From: Anthoceros angustus
Lineage: Eukaryota > Plantae > Anthocerotophyta
Reading direction: 5' to 3'
Assembly (NCBI GenBank): GCA_010909165.1
Contig: VJWM01000151.1
Span: 124,001 to 188,000 of the forward strand
Length of the DNA: 64,000 nucleotides
Under the pieces are notes generated by a model, which had not been told where the DNA came from, made no database searches, and worked only from the letters and a program-made list of their open reading frames with translations. A program made the translations under genes and the position numbers. Shown here piece by piece: positions 10,916 through 24,663 of this stretch. Numbering within the stretch: the stretch's first letter is position 1; every line of letters begins with the position of its first letter.

Positions 10916-12299
10916 TCGTCTACTGGCCTGGGAGCAAAAGCGGAACATGATACGTATGTAGGATTGCGGTGGTATCACTAGATATACCAGCACCTATATG
11001 GACTTCCCAAAGTCCTTAAATGCTCAAACATCAGAAGAACACAGCTGAACGCATGAGAACACTGATCACTCACCAGCATTATGCAACTTTCCAGCCCTTA
11101 CAAGTTTTGTTGAAATTAACAAAGGTTTCAGCCAATTTGGCACGATGTGATATGGGCAGCAAGCTTTGGGGAGCCTATACCCGGAAGAAGAAGAGTGGAA
11201 GCTTGGGTCCAATATGAACACTATGCCACTTAAAGCCCACCATTGTATCAACATCAATGCAGTGTTATGTGGAAAGAGTGAACTCACATTGGCCCTTGGG
11301 TTAGATGCGTGGAGCTAATGCTCATAGTGGACTACACGCCCAACCAAGAAGGGAATCCCCGTAAAGGTCTCAGGACGTCGAAGTCAACAAGAAGGGAAAG
11401 GACTTTAGGCCCTAAGTTGAGACAATTGCACAGTTTGCAACTTGTTGCGGTCAACTTGTGGACAGATTGGATGGTCTCTTTTGATTGCCACATGTATTCA
11501 GATTCCATGTTCCCTCCTCCCTATGCCCAACGCCGAGAAAAATGCCCAATTCTACCAAGGCTCGCTCTGTTTCGTGAAGGATCTCTGCATTTCGAATGAT
11601 CTCCATTTTTGTTGTTCCTATATGTCAAGATTGTATTGTGCTTGAGACTTGCTATGTCAAATCATGTTGTTCCTCTTTGAAAAAGTTGCTAACCAGGTTT
11701 AAAAACGCCACCAAACATGGGAGGCCTCTCAAGTTTCAACTAGCATAGATGTTTCAATTCTTTTGTAATCAATAGGTATGTCACACCTCGTTGGGTATAA
11801 AAAGTGCAAAAACGTCCAAAAAACTTTGGGTAATTTTCTCAAATGCAGCTAAGTAGTTTACTGGTCTGAAAGCATACACAAGTACTTCTTCGTGGTTAAG
11901 AACTTTAAGCTAGAGCACCAATGAAAGGTATAAAGACCATATTTTTACAAGGTCTTGATACTACATAGAAAGAACCACCCTAATTAAGAATTAAAATCAT
12001 GTTTTAATATTTTTCTAACCTTTTTATGCCTTTCTACTTTAGGTTTGTGGCATGAAGATATATAGCTACGAACTAGTTTGTTTTAAAAGTTTCTTCAAAC
12101 AATCTAATTTGCTGCACAAATGTCTTCCATATAATTTAAGCTATGTAACTATTTGTCAAGTATGGCAGATACTTAGGTCCTTTAGTGTCATTGCAGCAAT
12201 TGTAATCTCCAGGACCAAGAAGTCAAGAACTGCATGTTGCTCTATGTTCTTGAAGCCTCACCTTCGTGGCTATTGAACAACAAGGACGAGGGCAAAATC

Positions 12300-12464
12300 A
12301 TGGATCCTACAATTCGGAGTAAACTTCCAAGTGTATTGTTAGAAGAAGTTATGGCGAGAACACCAAATTTCAGTAGGGCTCGGTTCCACTCGAAGCTTGG
12401 TAAAGCTTGGAATAAGAAGATGAACGAGTCTTGGTTTCTTTTACTTGTAAAAGAAGTAAGATGA
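12300..12464 (+). pseudogene. Truncated F-box protein N-terminus
   Basis: MDPTIRSKLPSVLLEEVMARTPNFSRARFHSKLGKAWNKKM fits the plant F-box pattern MD..IWS.LP..LL..I.ARLP..S..RF..V.K.W. Stop at 12462. Confidence 0.75.
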
Positions 12465-15019
12465 TCAACTTCTAAGAATTTTGCGACGCTATGCGCAATA
12501 GAGTATGAGCCTCACTATGGAGGAAGCGAACCTTGAGACCCCCAAGGCTACCCTTTAGTGGCCACACTTATCCAATTGTTGCTGTGTACAACAGGTTTCG
12601 TCGCATGAGGCTTTTGTTTAGCATGAAACCAGCTTCCAAGACACAAGCTCGTACCTTCTCACACACCCAAACCCCCCACACAAATGGGGTAACCTCTATT
12701 CACACCCAAGCAGCAGCCACGCCTCCTCGAGCTCGCGTTGCTCTCTCAGATACCTACAATGACACTTATAGTCGTAGGTCCACACCCTACGAGAGTAGGT
12801 CGATTTGCTGCGAGCGTAGGGACCCCCATGTTGCGGTGCGACTTCAGTGCCTCCATAGTTTTGAGGCCTTGGCCCAGCTTCCAATCTCAATCGATACAGA
12901 TTTGGTACCCCTCCCTTAGGCTCTAACCTGGGCCTTCGTCTAACTCCTAATCTCTACTCCTCTACTCCTCAATCAGGTTCACATCATCCACACTCTCATC
13001 TCATCTCAACTCAACTCATCATCCTCCTACTCTAACCTCACTTCAAACTCACTAGCCCCAGCTCGCCCTTTCGAAAAAATTGCCTGGGGTCCACCTACAA
13101 GCCAGCGAGTTCTTCCTTGGGCAGGTTGCTATGGATTTGCACCAGACAGTGAGAATCTCTAGGGAGTCATTCCCTGAGCCGCCTCTGAAGCCCAAAGTTC
13201 CTTGAACAAGGTCTCCTTAGGACTGGTGACGGCTCCTGGTCACTAGTTGGAAGGGTGTACACCGGGTCGAAAGGTATACAAAAGCCACCCAAAACCATGT
13301 TTTCCTGATTTCATTAAAAACCCCTGAACCTAGGAGCAAATCATAGAGGGATCTGTTTTCCCGTATTTGTATGTCCACATCTCATATTAGTTTGGCTAAC
13401 CAGCGGGGTACATTGCCTATAAACGCAGTATTTGAAAATCAGGGCAACTTTGTATGGACAACAAAAATGCAAACGCGCAATGGAAAGTCCACATGTGTTG
13501 AGTCGGTGTCCACCGTCATGGTCACCCCTCTACATTAGTGGGGAGGGTCGTGGTGGCACCGGACGTTCTGTGCATAAACCTTGCATCTCCTGCCCAATGT
13601 CGGCGCAGGAGTGGAGGAAGATTTCGGACTGCCTACCGCTCATGTCTGTATTTACGACCCGCGACACTGACCCCCCAACGCTGCAAATATCCATCATTGT
13701 TGTCCATTAACTAGTTTAGGTACTCGGTGGAAATAAATGAAAGTAAAATCTTGCTTGGTAGGCCTCGTTGCATTGCACACAAATTAGCAATACTTTCATC
13801 ATTCGCGGTACACTTGAAGATAACCTTGAGTTATTCATGGAGTGAGCGTGCAACGCAAAAGTTTGGGTCCCTTTGTCATTTTGATCCGATTCGGTTCATT
13901 TTGGTTCAATCTTTATTCAAAGTGATCGTGAGTAGTAACGAGTGTTTCTTCTTGAGCCATCCAGAAAGTTAGGGACAAGGGTAGGAATTTGGAAGTTTCT
14001 CAAGCCTAGATAGATGAGCGGGTAGGGTAGAATCTTGCCCCATAGACTATATGTGCAAAGGGAATTAGTGATTGATTTGGAACCCCTAGTTTAAGTAGCG
14101 ATAAAATAGGAATGTATGTTTGGGCCGGGCGGTGCTTAAAGGGCGGCGCTTGGAAGTTCTTGGGCACATAGTTGGAAGGAGCTAGGAGCTGCAAGGAGTG
14201 TGTCTTTGGAAGTAGCAGGCTAATTGTAAGGCATGCAAGTTGGAAGAGGCGGCGTTGTCGTGGGTGTCAGAGGCAAGAGCTCAACTTTTGGAGCTAAGGT
14301 GTGGAGAAGCCAAGATAGAGTCTCACGGAAGTTGGGATTTTGGGAGAAATTTGTGCCTTGTGAGCTAAGCTGTGAGGCCATGAACTGGAGCTTGTGATTA
14401 GTGGAACTTAGGAGGTGATGACCTTGCAATGTGAGAAGTGGAGTCTTGGTTGTGGGCTACGAAGGGTGTGAATTGTGAAGAAAGCAAGCCTTTGCCTTTT
14501 GCTCGCACAACCAAGCTGGAATTGACATGATTACGAGGTGTGGTGCTGCAAATGCTAGGAGGGGCCTAGGTCTTGTTTGGCAAGCACGCTTATGAGTGAG
14601 CTTTGGGGATCCGGCTGCAACATGGTGAAGGAATCGCGATGGGGATTCACTTGAGGAAGGCGAAATTTGTATTTGGGCTGCAAGCAAATGTGAAAGGGGC
14701 CATCGTGGTGGCCGCTCACGAGAATTGGGCAGCGAGGTCAATCAAGGGAGATTTGGCGGAGGAGTTCACTAAGGAGAAATGTTGCTAAGGAGGTTGGTGA
14801 GGAGCTCGCTAGGAACGAGTACCATATATTCAAGGTGTGTGATGTGCTCGAGGGAGCTTGGGTGTGTTGGACATGAGCATGTAAGAACTCGAATTGATCC
14901 TTGGGGGTAGGATGTTGTTCCCTACCCATGTTGAAGAGCATAGGGGCCATGCTCGGCTTGGAGGAACGTTCTCTTAGGGAGATGTGCCCTTAGGGAGATG
15001 TGGTCTCCTATCCTTTGAC

Positions 15020-15360
15020 ACGCATCACAGCCTCGATAAATTTCCATGTCCCTTTGCATAGTGGACCACCAAAAGCCAGTCAAAATCTTCTTCGATCACT
15101 TGTGCGAATAATGTCCCCCGCCTCCTTAGTATGTAGAGGGCCTCCGCCACGCAATTTGTTCGCCTCCAAACACCTTGAACTACTTTGTCTAGTCCTAGCT
15201 TATAGAGGATTCCTTTCCTCGACGGTATGGTCGCCTTATGCACGAATCTGACTTTTCCTTCTCGTGATAATCCGGTTGGTATCCGGTCCCTAGTTGCGCC
15301 CCATCTCGATGTCGCCACGTGTCCTCCTCGATGATCCCGATCATCAAATCTCATCTTCTA
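15020..15360 (-). mobile_element. Ty3/gypsy pol remnant (integrase HHCC Zn-finger region), repeated in array units
   Basis: Minus-strand pieces FVHKAT...GILYKLGLDKV, EAGGHYSQV, WWSTMQRDMEIY and CDACQRIGRP, combined across copies, match the gypsy pattern LYK.G.D...H.....GGH......WWPT...D...Y...CD.CQR.G.P. No integrase core or LTR was recognised. Confidence 0.75.
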
Positions 15361-16038
15361 TATACTGATATAAGCGACATGTATATATAGCCCTCTGCGT
15401 GACATTCGAGAAATTGAACCCCCTCCCCGCCTCAATTCCAAGGAAGTTATCCTCCTTGGCTCATGAAATGCATGGCTCTATCTCATATCCTTTCTACCAT
15501 GGTCTCGACAAGGAACTTTCTACGAAACCCCAAAGGCCAAGGACTTCCTACCCGCTTGGATATTTATAGTAAGTCCAAGGAACTTTGTTTCTCGGATGTC
15601 ATAATAGACCCCTAATTCCCCTATATATGTGTATCAAATGGGTTTTCTAACATATCCTACTCTCGCCTCCTTTCTACCCGTTAACGGCTAAGTCTAGGAC
15701 ATCCCATGTTCTCTCAATTAACCAAGTCCCGGACCACCTACGGACGTCCTGAGCGACTTACCTACTATCTACCTTCCGCCTCGAAACTCGATTACGCTAG
15801 CTCGGACGCCTACAAATCCCCTACTTCCTACGAATTGTAGTCATCCTCCCTTCATCCATCGCAAAAACTTCCCTACCGTAACCTTCCCTTGGTCCCCAAA
15901 TTGTCTCGTGTTTTGCCAAAAACTTAGTGACCAAACTTTTCCGTTCCACAAACTTTTAAAAGCTTGTTTGAAAAGTTTGACAAAGTGCTTCTTTGTCCTC
16001 TTGATAAACCGTAGAATCAAGTTATATCTTTTACGCTT

Positions 16039-17506
16039 ATGATGACCTTAAACAATTCCAATCACTTGGAGATACAAGTCACAAGAACTTGTTCGCAACT
16101 AATTTAAAAGAGAAGGCCAAAATTGCTCAAAATCATCTCACAAGATCTCTTCTATCTACCGCTGATATATATGCGTTAGGTCATCTTGTAAAAGATGCAG
16201 ACTTTGGTCAAGAGGATCATTGAAACAAAATTTTTGCAATTGCAAGTAGACTTTAAATTGATTCCTTTCACGACGAGAAATCGTCCTACAATTAAAAAGT
16301 AACTGCACTATATATTGGGAAGTCCTTCAAAATGTCGCTATATTTTCAAACTAGATCCCTTGTGGAGCAACAAAATTAGTGCCATACTTCCAAAACATCT
16401 TGGAATTGAGTGTGGCGACTTCCTTGTTGACGAAGACATTCTTAGTACAAAAGACAATTATGAGGGAATTTTTCTAAGTGATGAAGAAGAAGAAGAAGAT
16501 TATGTAGAAGAAGAAGAAGAAGAAGATTATGTAGAAGAAGAAGAAGAAGAAGATTATGTAGAAGAAGAAGAAGAAGAAGATTATGTAGAAGAAGAAGAAG
16601 AAGAAGAAGAAGAAGAAGAAGAAGAAGAAGATTATGTAGAAGAAGAAGAAGAAGATTATGTAGAAGAAGAAGAAGATTATGTAGAAAATGAGGAAGAGGA
16701 AGAGGAAAATGAGTATGAGCATAATAGTTCAATGACAAAGAAAGCAAATATGAGCAAGACATTCATCTTGATGTGGAAGACATGAAAAAATCGTCAAGGT
16801 CCAAGGTATGAAGAAATTGAATGTAGCAACTCCTTCACTAATGACGAAGATATTCTTGGTGAGGATGAAGATGATGATGAGGAATATTTCTAAGCGAAGA
16901 GGAAGAAGATTATGCAAAAATATTTTGCTGAAGAGGGAATAACTATAAGGAAAATGATGAAGAAAAAGAATATAAAGAAGATGAAGAAGGAAACTACTAC
17001 AAGGAAAATGAAGAAGAAATCGATTATAACGACAAGCATATTTTTAGTGAAGAACACGAATATGAGCAATACATTTTACTCAAGACGAATATGAGGAGGA
17101 CATTTCTACTCAAGAGGTAAACCAATATGCCGAGGACATTTCTACGCATCTTGATCTAGGTACATTTTTATGAAGAAAAAATGAATATGAGAACGAAGAA
17201 TTTCTCTTAGAAGAAGTAAACCAATATGAGGAGAACTTAGATATTTTTATAGAGCAAGAAAATGAATATGAGAAAGATATTTTTATTGAAGAGGAAAACA
17301 AATATGAAGAAGACGTCCTTAAGACATTCACTCAAGACATTCTTACTCCACAAGAAGATGAATATGAGGAACTATGGAATGCCATTTGCAACACGCCATA
17401 TCTTTTTCACGTGAGACGGTGGCCGTGTGCTTCTCCATGCGGTCAAGCAAGGTCAATTAGGGCTCATCTCATCATGTACCTCGTCCGTGGTGATCAAGTC
17501 TCGTGA
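16039..17506 (+). CDS. Array copy of the acidic ORF (unit 1). Other starts at 23611, 31917, 41392, 42724, 50316 and a stub at 56235
   Basis: Collinear with 2210-3430 from MMTLNNSN to ELWNAICN. Each copy is broken at partly different positions. Long open pieces survive at 16315-16785, 24754-25092, 32227-32616 and 51023-51433. Confidence 0.55.
16481..16686 (+). repeat. (GAA)n-GATTATGTA minisatellite encoding (E)nDYV. Also near 24050, 32350, 41830, 43155 and 50750
   Basis: Seen directly. Unit 1 has E-runs of 5,6,6,6,14,5,4. Confidence 0.97.
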
Positions 17507-18989
17507 AACTAAGTGTGACAACATGAAGTGCACCACTCTTCATTTTGCTCGCTTTCAAATGTATGGCACATTGGTGAGGACTTTGATAAATTTTATCAAG
17601 TCTGCGCTCAAGCCTTTCACGGTCACATACATGGTGTGGGGCTTCCTAGCTCTTGGACTTCACACTTTCTTTCCACAACATGTGTCCATTGCTCTCCAAC
17701 GGCCGACGAGGCATCCTTAGGACGACAATGATAACGGTGATCATGGTGACACCTCGATTGGTCCAGTGATCCTGTGGCACACCGCTTTCACGTGAATCGA
17801 GCCACCAAAGCGTGCTCACATCCTCTAAAACCTACTTAGTCATGATATTGCGAGCCATAGATTTTAGATTCGAGCTTAGTTGCTTGCTTACACGGACCCT
17901 TGAGGTCCCTAGCTAGTGTTAGCCTTTGAAAGGTAGATGGGCTTACCCCATCTCTTCTCCTTTAATAAAAGCCCTTTTATTTTCTTCTCCATGCGGCATG
18001 TATTATTTGTTAGTTGCAAATATATTTACTATATATATCAAATTTTATATTTTTTGTACTTAACTATTTAAGTTATAAAAATATAAAATACAAAGTATTG
18101 ATACTCACCTATAGGTGTGGGCCTTGTGCAAGCGTGTACTGTCGACAATTAGGTGCTATGTACCAAGGGAAGAAGCTTCATACATGATGCCCATGTCATG
18201 GCCGGAAGGATGTGGTGGACATGTGGTGATTGTAGGATATGGTCGAGGAAAGGGTAAAGGGGCCCTAGATCATCATGCAGCTAGGCAGCAGGCATCACTC
18301 CAATAGGACGTACATTCGTCGACCTCTTTAGATCAAGCGTTTGCCGGCGTGTGCTTAGCTTCATGTATAAATTTGCAAATTTAAAGGAGCTTGGGCGAGG
18401 ATCGCTTTGTTGGCAACTTTTGGTGCTAGATATGAGTGCGAAATGAGGGACTTGCACGATGCAAGCTCATGCCATCCCGAGGTCGCTCCATTCGTGAGCT
18501 CCACTCATATAGAGCAAGCACCTCCGGTGGCCAGCCCTTGTTGCCGGTGGGCATAGCCGGCTATGCCATATCACCACACTCTTTGTGTTCATGCTGCGAA
18601 AACGTGGCGTGCCTCAAAGTTTGAGTTCACCACATTTTGCATACCCTACCCATACCCAAAGAATCAAGACCGTCCATGTCATCATATCATTTGTGCCATG
18701 CTATGAGAAACCTAACCAGGCCTGCATCGGCTGGAAATGACACCGTAAGAACCTAATTTGACGTGCATTTTTAGTTGTCCATATTTTACCGCCACTCCGA
18801 CTATGTTCCTACCTTGACTCAAACTTTGTTCACTTTGTTGAGGCACTTTAGTTTTCATGCGTCGAAAAGGAAATAAAATAGTATTATATTATTTTTATTT
18901 CTACAATTATTCAGCTATGGAATTCGAGCTGTGAATCAATGTATGTAAATTTAAAGTAAAAAAAAAGGTAAAGATACATTCGTGAAAAA

Positions 18990-20277
18990 TCTGGACAAAA
19001 ATAGAGAGAACGTGGAGACTTTATAAATATGCAAGAGATAGGAAGTCCCCATCTACACCGGGTGATGGAACAACTCTCTGGACCTCGGGCCAAAGGGACT
19101 AGCCCCGTTGTCAACCTCGATTTAAGGGGACAAATAAGCAATGAAAGATACAACAAGATATAATTTCTTTCGATTACATTGTCCGTGGACTAAAAAGATT
19201 TCTTTTCAAGAATCGCTATTTGATTTATCTATGTTGTAAGAATCGGTTTTGTATCTAAATTCTAGTATACTTATTTAGACTTTTGTCAAGTAGATCATTT
19301 CTAGATGATGAACAAACATGAAAAATTTTGAACACCCCAAAATGGAAGTTGGTCCTTCTAGGCTTCATGTCCTCATGGGGTTGACAATTTCATCTTGAAA
19401 CACAATTCTCCATCCATTGTAAATTATATTGCGAGATAAGGTAATGTACACAACTCCTATCATCTTTTCCGTCTTTTCGATTTCTTAACTGTACAAAAAA
19501 TGTAAATATATAAAGTCGCCAATTCCAAACACTTCCATTGACTAGGGTGGAACAAGCGTGCAAATAGGCTTTGTATTGCAAAGTCCTCGTGATTAAACTT
19601 TCCCACTTGAGCTTGTTGGTTACGCTTGTAGATGGCGATAGAAAACTTCTTACCCCTTCTTTTACCATCCATACCATAAAAGTGTCCATTGTGGGCAACA
19701 AATCCAATTTCCGTACTTCACCATATGGATGTAAATTTAAAGGCTCAAGAGGGTTTCCACTCATAAAGGTTTGGACTTGTAATTATCTCATTATCAAATG
19801 ACACCAGCTCAAATAATACATCATAATTGTCGTCTACAACATGTGCAATCAAAGTAATATTAACTCCGAATCTCGATAGCACAGCACTTACATCGATTAC
19901 GTGAACATGTCACCTATGTTTCTTTTTGGTTGAATTCTTGAACCGTCCATTGACCTATGGCTAAAGAATATACATATAAATGAAACATGTCACGTGAATC
20001 ATCGTCCAGCTCATGCGCTAGAAATAATAAAAATGATCACTTTCCTCCTCATCAACAACTAGCACTAGCTTCTCGAGTGGTGGAAGCCGGGTCCCAAATA
20101 TCCGAATCTAAATCTAAATGCGAATATGAATTTCATCCATATATAAGGTGTCGACATACTAGTTCAACTTTGAAATCGTATCCCATATCACTTCGCCTAA
20201 CCTTTGAAAAGATATTGATAATACAAATCGCATCACCCAACTATTTGGATCCTTCGATGATTTTGTTTCCTTCATAA
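18990..20277 (-). pseudogene. F-box-protein C-terminal (beta-propeller-like) domain remnant in each full array unit
   Basis: Combined across copies: RLPPLEKLVLVVDEEESDHFLLF...LYVYSLAIGQW, LVSFDNE and PPLVNGSVWNWRLY. These resemble the LPP...LVVD...VYDS..G.W pattern of plant F-box/kelch-like proteins. No clear F-box motif, and many frameshifts. Confidence 0.45.
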
Positions 20278-21185
20278 TGTATTTACGACCATGACATCGA
20301 CCCCCAATGCTGCAAATATCCATCATTGTTGTCCATTAACTAGTTTAGGTACTCGGTGGAAATAAATGAAAGTAAAATCTTGCTTGGTAGGCCTCGTTGC
20401 ATTGCACACAAATTAGCAATACTTTCATCATTCGCGGTACACTTGAAGATAACCTTGAGTTATTCATGGAGTGAGCGTGCAACGCAAAAGTTTGGGTCCC
20501 TTTGTCATTTTGATCCGATTCGGTTCATTTTGGTTCAATCTTTATTCAAAGTGATCGTGAGTAGTAACGAGTGTTTCTTCTTGAGCCATCCAGAAAGTTA
20601 GGGACAAGGGTAGGAATTTGGAAGTTTCTCAAGCCTAGATAGATGAGCGGGTAGGGTAGAATCTTGCCCCATAGACTATATGTGCAAAGGGGAATTAGTG
20701 ATTGATTTGGAACCCCTAGTTTAAGTAGCAGTAAAATAGGAATGTATGTTTGGCTGGAGAAGTGCTTAAAGGGCGGCGCGCTTGGAAGTTGCTGGGCACA
20801 TAGTTGGAAGGAGCTAGGAGCTGCAAGGAGTGTGTGCTGGGAAGTAGCACGGGCTAATTGTAAGGCATGCAAGTTGGAAGAGGGCGGCGTTGTCGTGGGT
20901 GTGCAGAGGCAAGAGCTCAACTTTTGGAGCTAAGGTGTGGAGAAGCCAAGATAGAGTCATCACGGAAGTTGGGATTTTGGGAGAAATTTGTGCCTTGTGA
21001 GCTAAGCGTGAGGCCATGAACTGGAGCTTGTGATTAGTGGAACTTAGGAGGTGATGACCTTGCAATGTGAGAAGTGGAGTCTGGTTGTGGGCTACGAAGG
21101 GTGTGAATTGTGAAGAAGGCAAGCCTTTGCCTTTTGCTCGCACAACCAAGCTGGCGGAATTGACATGATTACGAGGTGTGGTGCT

Positions 21186-23018
21186 GCAAATGCTAGGAGG
21201 GGCCTAGGTCTTGTTTGGCAAGCACGGTTATGAGTGAGCTTTGGGGATCCGGCTGCAACATGGTGAAGGAATCGCGATGGGGATTCACTTGAGGAAGGCG
21301 AAATTTGTATTTGGGCTGCAAGCAAATGTGAAAGGGGCCATCGTGGTGGCCGCTCGAGAATTGGGCAGCGAGGTCAATCAAGGGAGATTTGGCGGAGGAG
21401 TTCACTAAGGAGAAATGTTGCTAAGGAGGTTGGTGAGGAGCTCGCTAGGCAGTACCATATATTCAAGGTGTGTGATGTGCTCGAGGGAGCTTGGGTGTGT
21501 TGGACATGAGCATGTAAGAACTCCGAATTGACATCCTTGGGGTAGGATGTTGTTCCCTACCCATGTTGAAGAGCATAGGGGCCATGCTCGGCTTGGAGGA
21601 ACGTTCTCTTAGGGAGATGTGCCCTTAGGGAGATGTGGTCTCCCTATCCTTTGACACGCATCACGCTCGATAAATTTCCATGTCCCTTTGCATAGTGGAC
21701 CACCAAAAGCCTGCATCAAAATCTTCTTAGTCACTTGTGCGAATAATGTCCCCCGCCTCCTTAGTATGTAGAGGGCCTCCGCCACCACCGCAATTTGTTC
21801 GCCTCCAAACACCTTGAACTACTTTGTCTAGTCCTAGCTTATAGAGGATTCCTTTCCTCGAGACAATATGGTCGCCTTATGCACGAATCTGACTTTTCCT
21901 TCTCGTGATAATCCGGTTGGTATCCGGTCCCTAGTTGCGCCCCATCTCGATGTGCGCCACGTGTCCTCCTCGATGATCCCGATCATCAAATCTCATCTTC
22001 TATATACGATAACGACATGTATATATAGCCCTCCTGCGTGACATTCGAGAAATTGAACCCCCTCCCCGCCTCAATTCCAAGGAAGTTATCCTCCTTGGCT
22101 CGCAAATGCTAGGAGGGGCCTAGGTCTTGTTTGGCAAGCACGGTTATGAGTGAGCTTTGGGGATCCGGCTGCAACATGGTGAAGGAATCGCGATGGGGAT
22201 TCACTTGAGGAAGGCGAAATTTGTATTTGGGCTGCAAGCAAATGTGAAAGGGGCCATCGTGGTGGCGCTCGAGAATTGGGCAGCGAGGTCAATCAAGGGA
22301 GATTTGGCGGAGGAGTTCACTAAGGAGAAATGTTGCTAAGGAGGTTGGTGAGGAGCTCGCTAGGCAGTACCATATATTCAAGGTGTGTGATGTGCTCGAG
22401 GGAGCTTGGGTGTGTTGGACATGAGCATGTAAGAACTCCGAATTGACATCCTTGGGGTAGGATGTTGTTCCCTACCCATGTTGAAGAGCATAGGGGCCAT
22501 GCTCGGCTTGGAGGAACGTTCTCTTAGGGAGATGTGCCCTTAGGGAGATGTGGTCTCCCTATCCTTTGACACGCATCACGCTCGATAAATTTCCATGTCC
22601 CTTTGCATAGTGGACCACCAAAAGCCTGCATCAAAATCTTCTTAGTCACTTGTGCGAATAATGTCCCCCGCCTCCTTAGTATGTAGAGGGCCTCCGCCAC
22701 CACCGCAATTTGTTCGCCTCCAAAACACCTTGAACTACTTTGTCTAGTCCTAGCTTATAGAGGATTCCTTTCCTCGAGACAATATGGTCGCCTTATGCAC
22801 GAATCTGACTTTTCCTTCTCGTGATAATCCGGTTGGTATCCGGTCCCTAGTTGCGCCCCATCTCGATGTGCGCCACGTGTCCTCCTCGATGATCCCGATC
22901 ATCAAATCTCATCTTCTATATACGATAACGACATGTATATATAGCCCTCCTGCGTGACATTCGAGAAATTGAACCCCCTCCCCGCCTCAATTCCAAGGAA
23001 GTTATCCTCCTTGGCTCG
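21186..23018. repeat. Internal tandem duplication (about 916 bp x2) in unit 2
   Basis: At about 22101 the sequence returns to gcaaatgctaggagggg, first seen at 21186. Confidence 0.92.
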
Positions 23019-24663
23019 CGAAATGCATGGCTCTATCTCATATCCTTTTTCTACCATGGTCTCGACAAGGAACTTTCTACGAAACCCCAAAGGCCAAGGA
23101 CTTCCTACCCGCTTGGATATTTATAGTCAAGTCCAAGGAACTTTGTTTCTGGATGTCATAATAGACCCCTAATTCCCCTATATATGTATCAAATGGGTTT
23201 TCTAACATATCCTACTCTACTGCCTCCTTTCTACCCGTTAACGGCTAAGTCTAGGACATCCTACAGGTTCTCTCAATTAACCAAGTCCGGACCACCTACG
23301 GACGTCCTACAGAACGACTTACCTACTATCTACCTTCTGCGTCTCGAAACTCGATTCTGCTAGCTCGGACGCCTACAAATCCCCTACTTCCTACCTGAAT
23401 TGTAGTCATCCTCCCTTCATCCATCTGCAAAAAACTTCCCTACCAGAACCTTCCGCCCTTGGTCCCCAAATTGTCTCGTGTTTTGCCAAAAACTTAGCTG
23501 ACCAAACTTTTCCGTTCCACAAACTTTTAAAAGCTTGTTTGAAAAGTTTGACAAAGTGCTTCTTTGTCCTCTTCGGTAAACCGTAGAATCAAGTTATATC
23601 TTTTACAGTTATGATGACCTTAAACAATTCCAATCACTTGGAGATACAAGTCACAAGAACTTGTTCGCAACTAATTTAAAAGAGAAGGCCAAAATTGCTC
23701 AAAATCATCTCACAAGATCTCTTCTATCTCTTGTCTGAGATATGCGTTAGGTCATCTTTGTAAAAGATGCATGACTTTGGTCAAGAGGATCATTGAAACA
23801 AATGTTTTGCAATTGCAAGTAGACTTTAAATTGATTCCTTTCACGAGAAATCGTCCTACAATTAAAAAGTAACTGCACTATATATTGGGAAGTCCTTCAA
23901 AATGTCGCTATATTTTCAAACTAGATCCCTTGTGGAGCAACAAAATTAGTGCCATACTTCCAAAACATCTTGGAATTGAGTGTGGCGACTTCCTTGTTGA
24001 CGAAGACATTCTTAGTACAAAAGACAATTATGAGGAATTTTTCTAAGTGATGAAGAAGAAGAAGATTATGTAGAAGAAGAAGAAGAAGATTATGTAGAAG
24101 AAGAAGAAGAAGAAGATTATGTAGAAGAAGAAGAAGAAGAAGATTATGTAGAAGAAGAAGAAGAAGATTATGTAGAAGAAGAAGAAGAAGAAGAAGAAGA
24201 AGAAGAAGAAGATTATGTAGAAGAAGAAGAAGAAGATTATGTAGAAGAAGAAGAAGATTATGTAGAAAATGAGGAAGAGGAAGAGGAAAATGAGTATGAG
24301 CATAATAGTTCAATGACAAAGAAAGCAAATATGAGCAAGACATTCATCTTGATGTGGAAGACATGAAAAAATCGTCAAGGTCCAAGGTATGAAGAAATTG
24401 AATGTAGCAACTCCTTCACTAATGACGAAGATATTCTTGGTGAGGATGAAGATGATGATGAGGGAATATTTCTAATCAAGAGGAAGAAGATTATGCAAAA
24501 ATATTTTTGCTGAAGAGGGAATAACTATAAGGAAAATGATGAAGAAAAGAATATAAAGAAGATGAAGAAGGAAACTACTACAAGGAAAATGAAGAAGAAA
24601 TCGATTATAACGACAAGCATATTTTTAGTGAAGAACACGGCGAATATGAGCAATACATTTTAC

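Noticed and set aside
10920-13640. Short ORFs of 60-130 aa in 10.9-13.6 kb and throughout the array
   Set aside because: Apart from the F-box N-terminus, none has a recognisable motif. Most recur only because the unit is repeated.
13560-13650. Possible F-box motif on the minus strand (AVRNLPPLLRRH)
   Set aside because: Too few consensus positions match, and it is preceded by an in-frame stop.
16442-16762. Poly-Leu/His-Asn and poly-Phe ORFs on the minus strand, also in other units
   Set aside because: They are antisense shadows of the (GAA)n-GATTATGTA repeat, which has no stops in those frames.
17894-17917. Hairpin ggacc-cttga-ggtcc followed by ctagctagt as a Helitron 3' end
   Set aside because: The stem is only 5 bp, its spacing to CTAG is atypical, it does not coincide with any homology boundary, and no matching 5' TC end was found.
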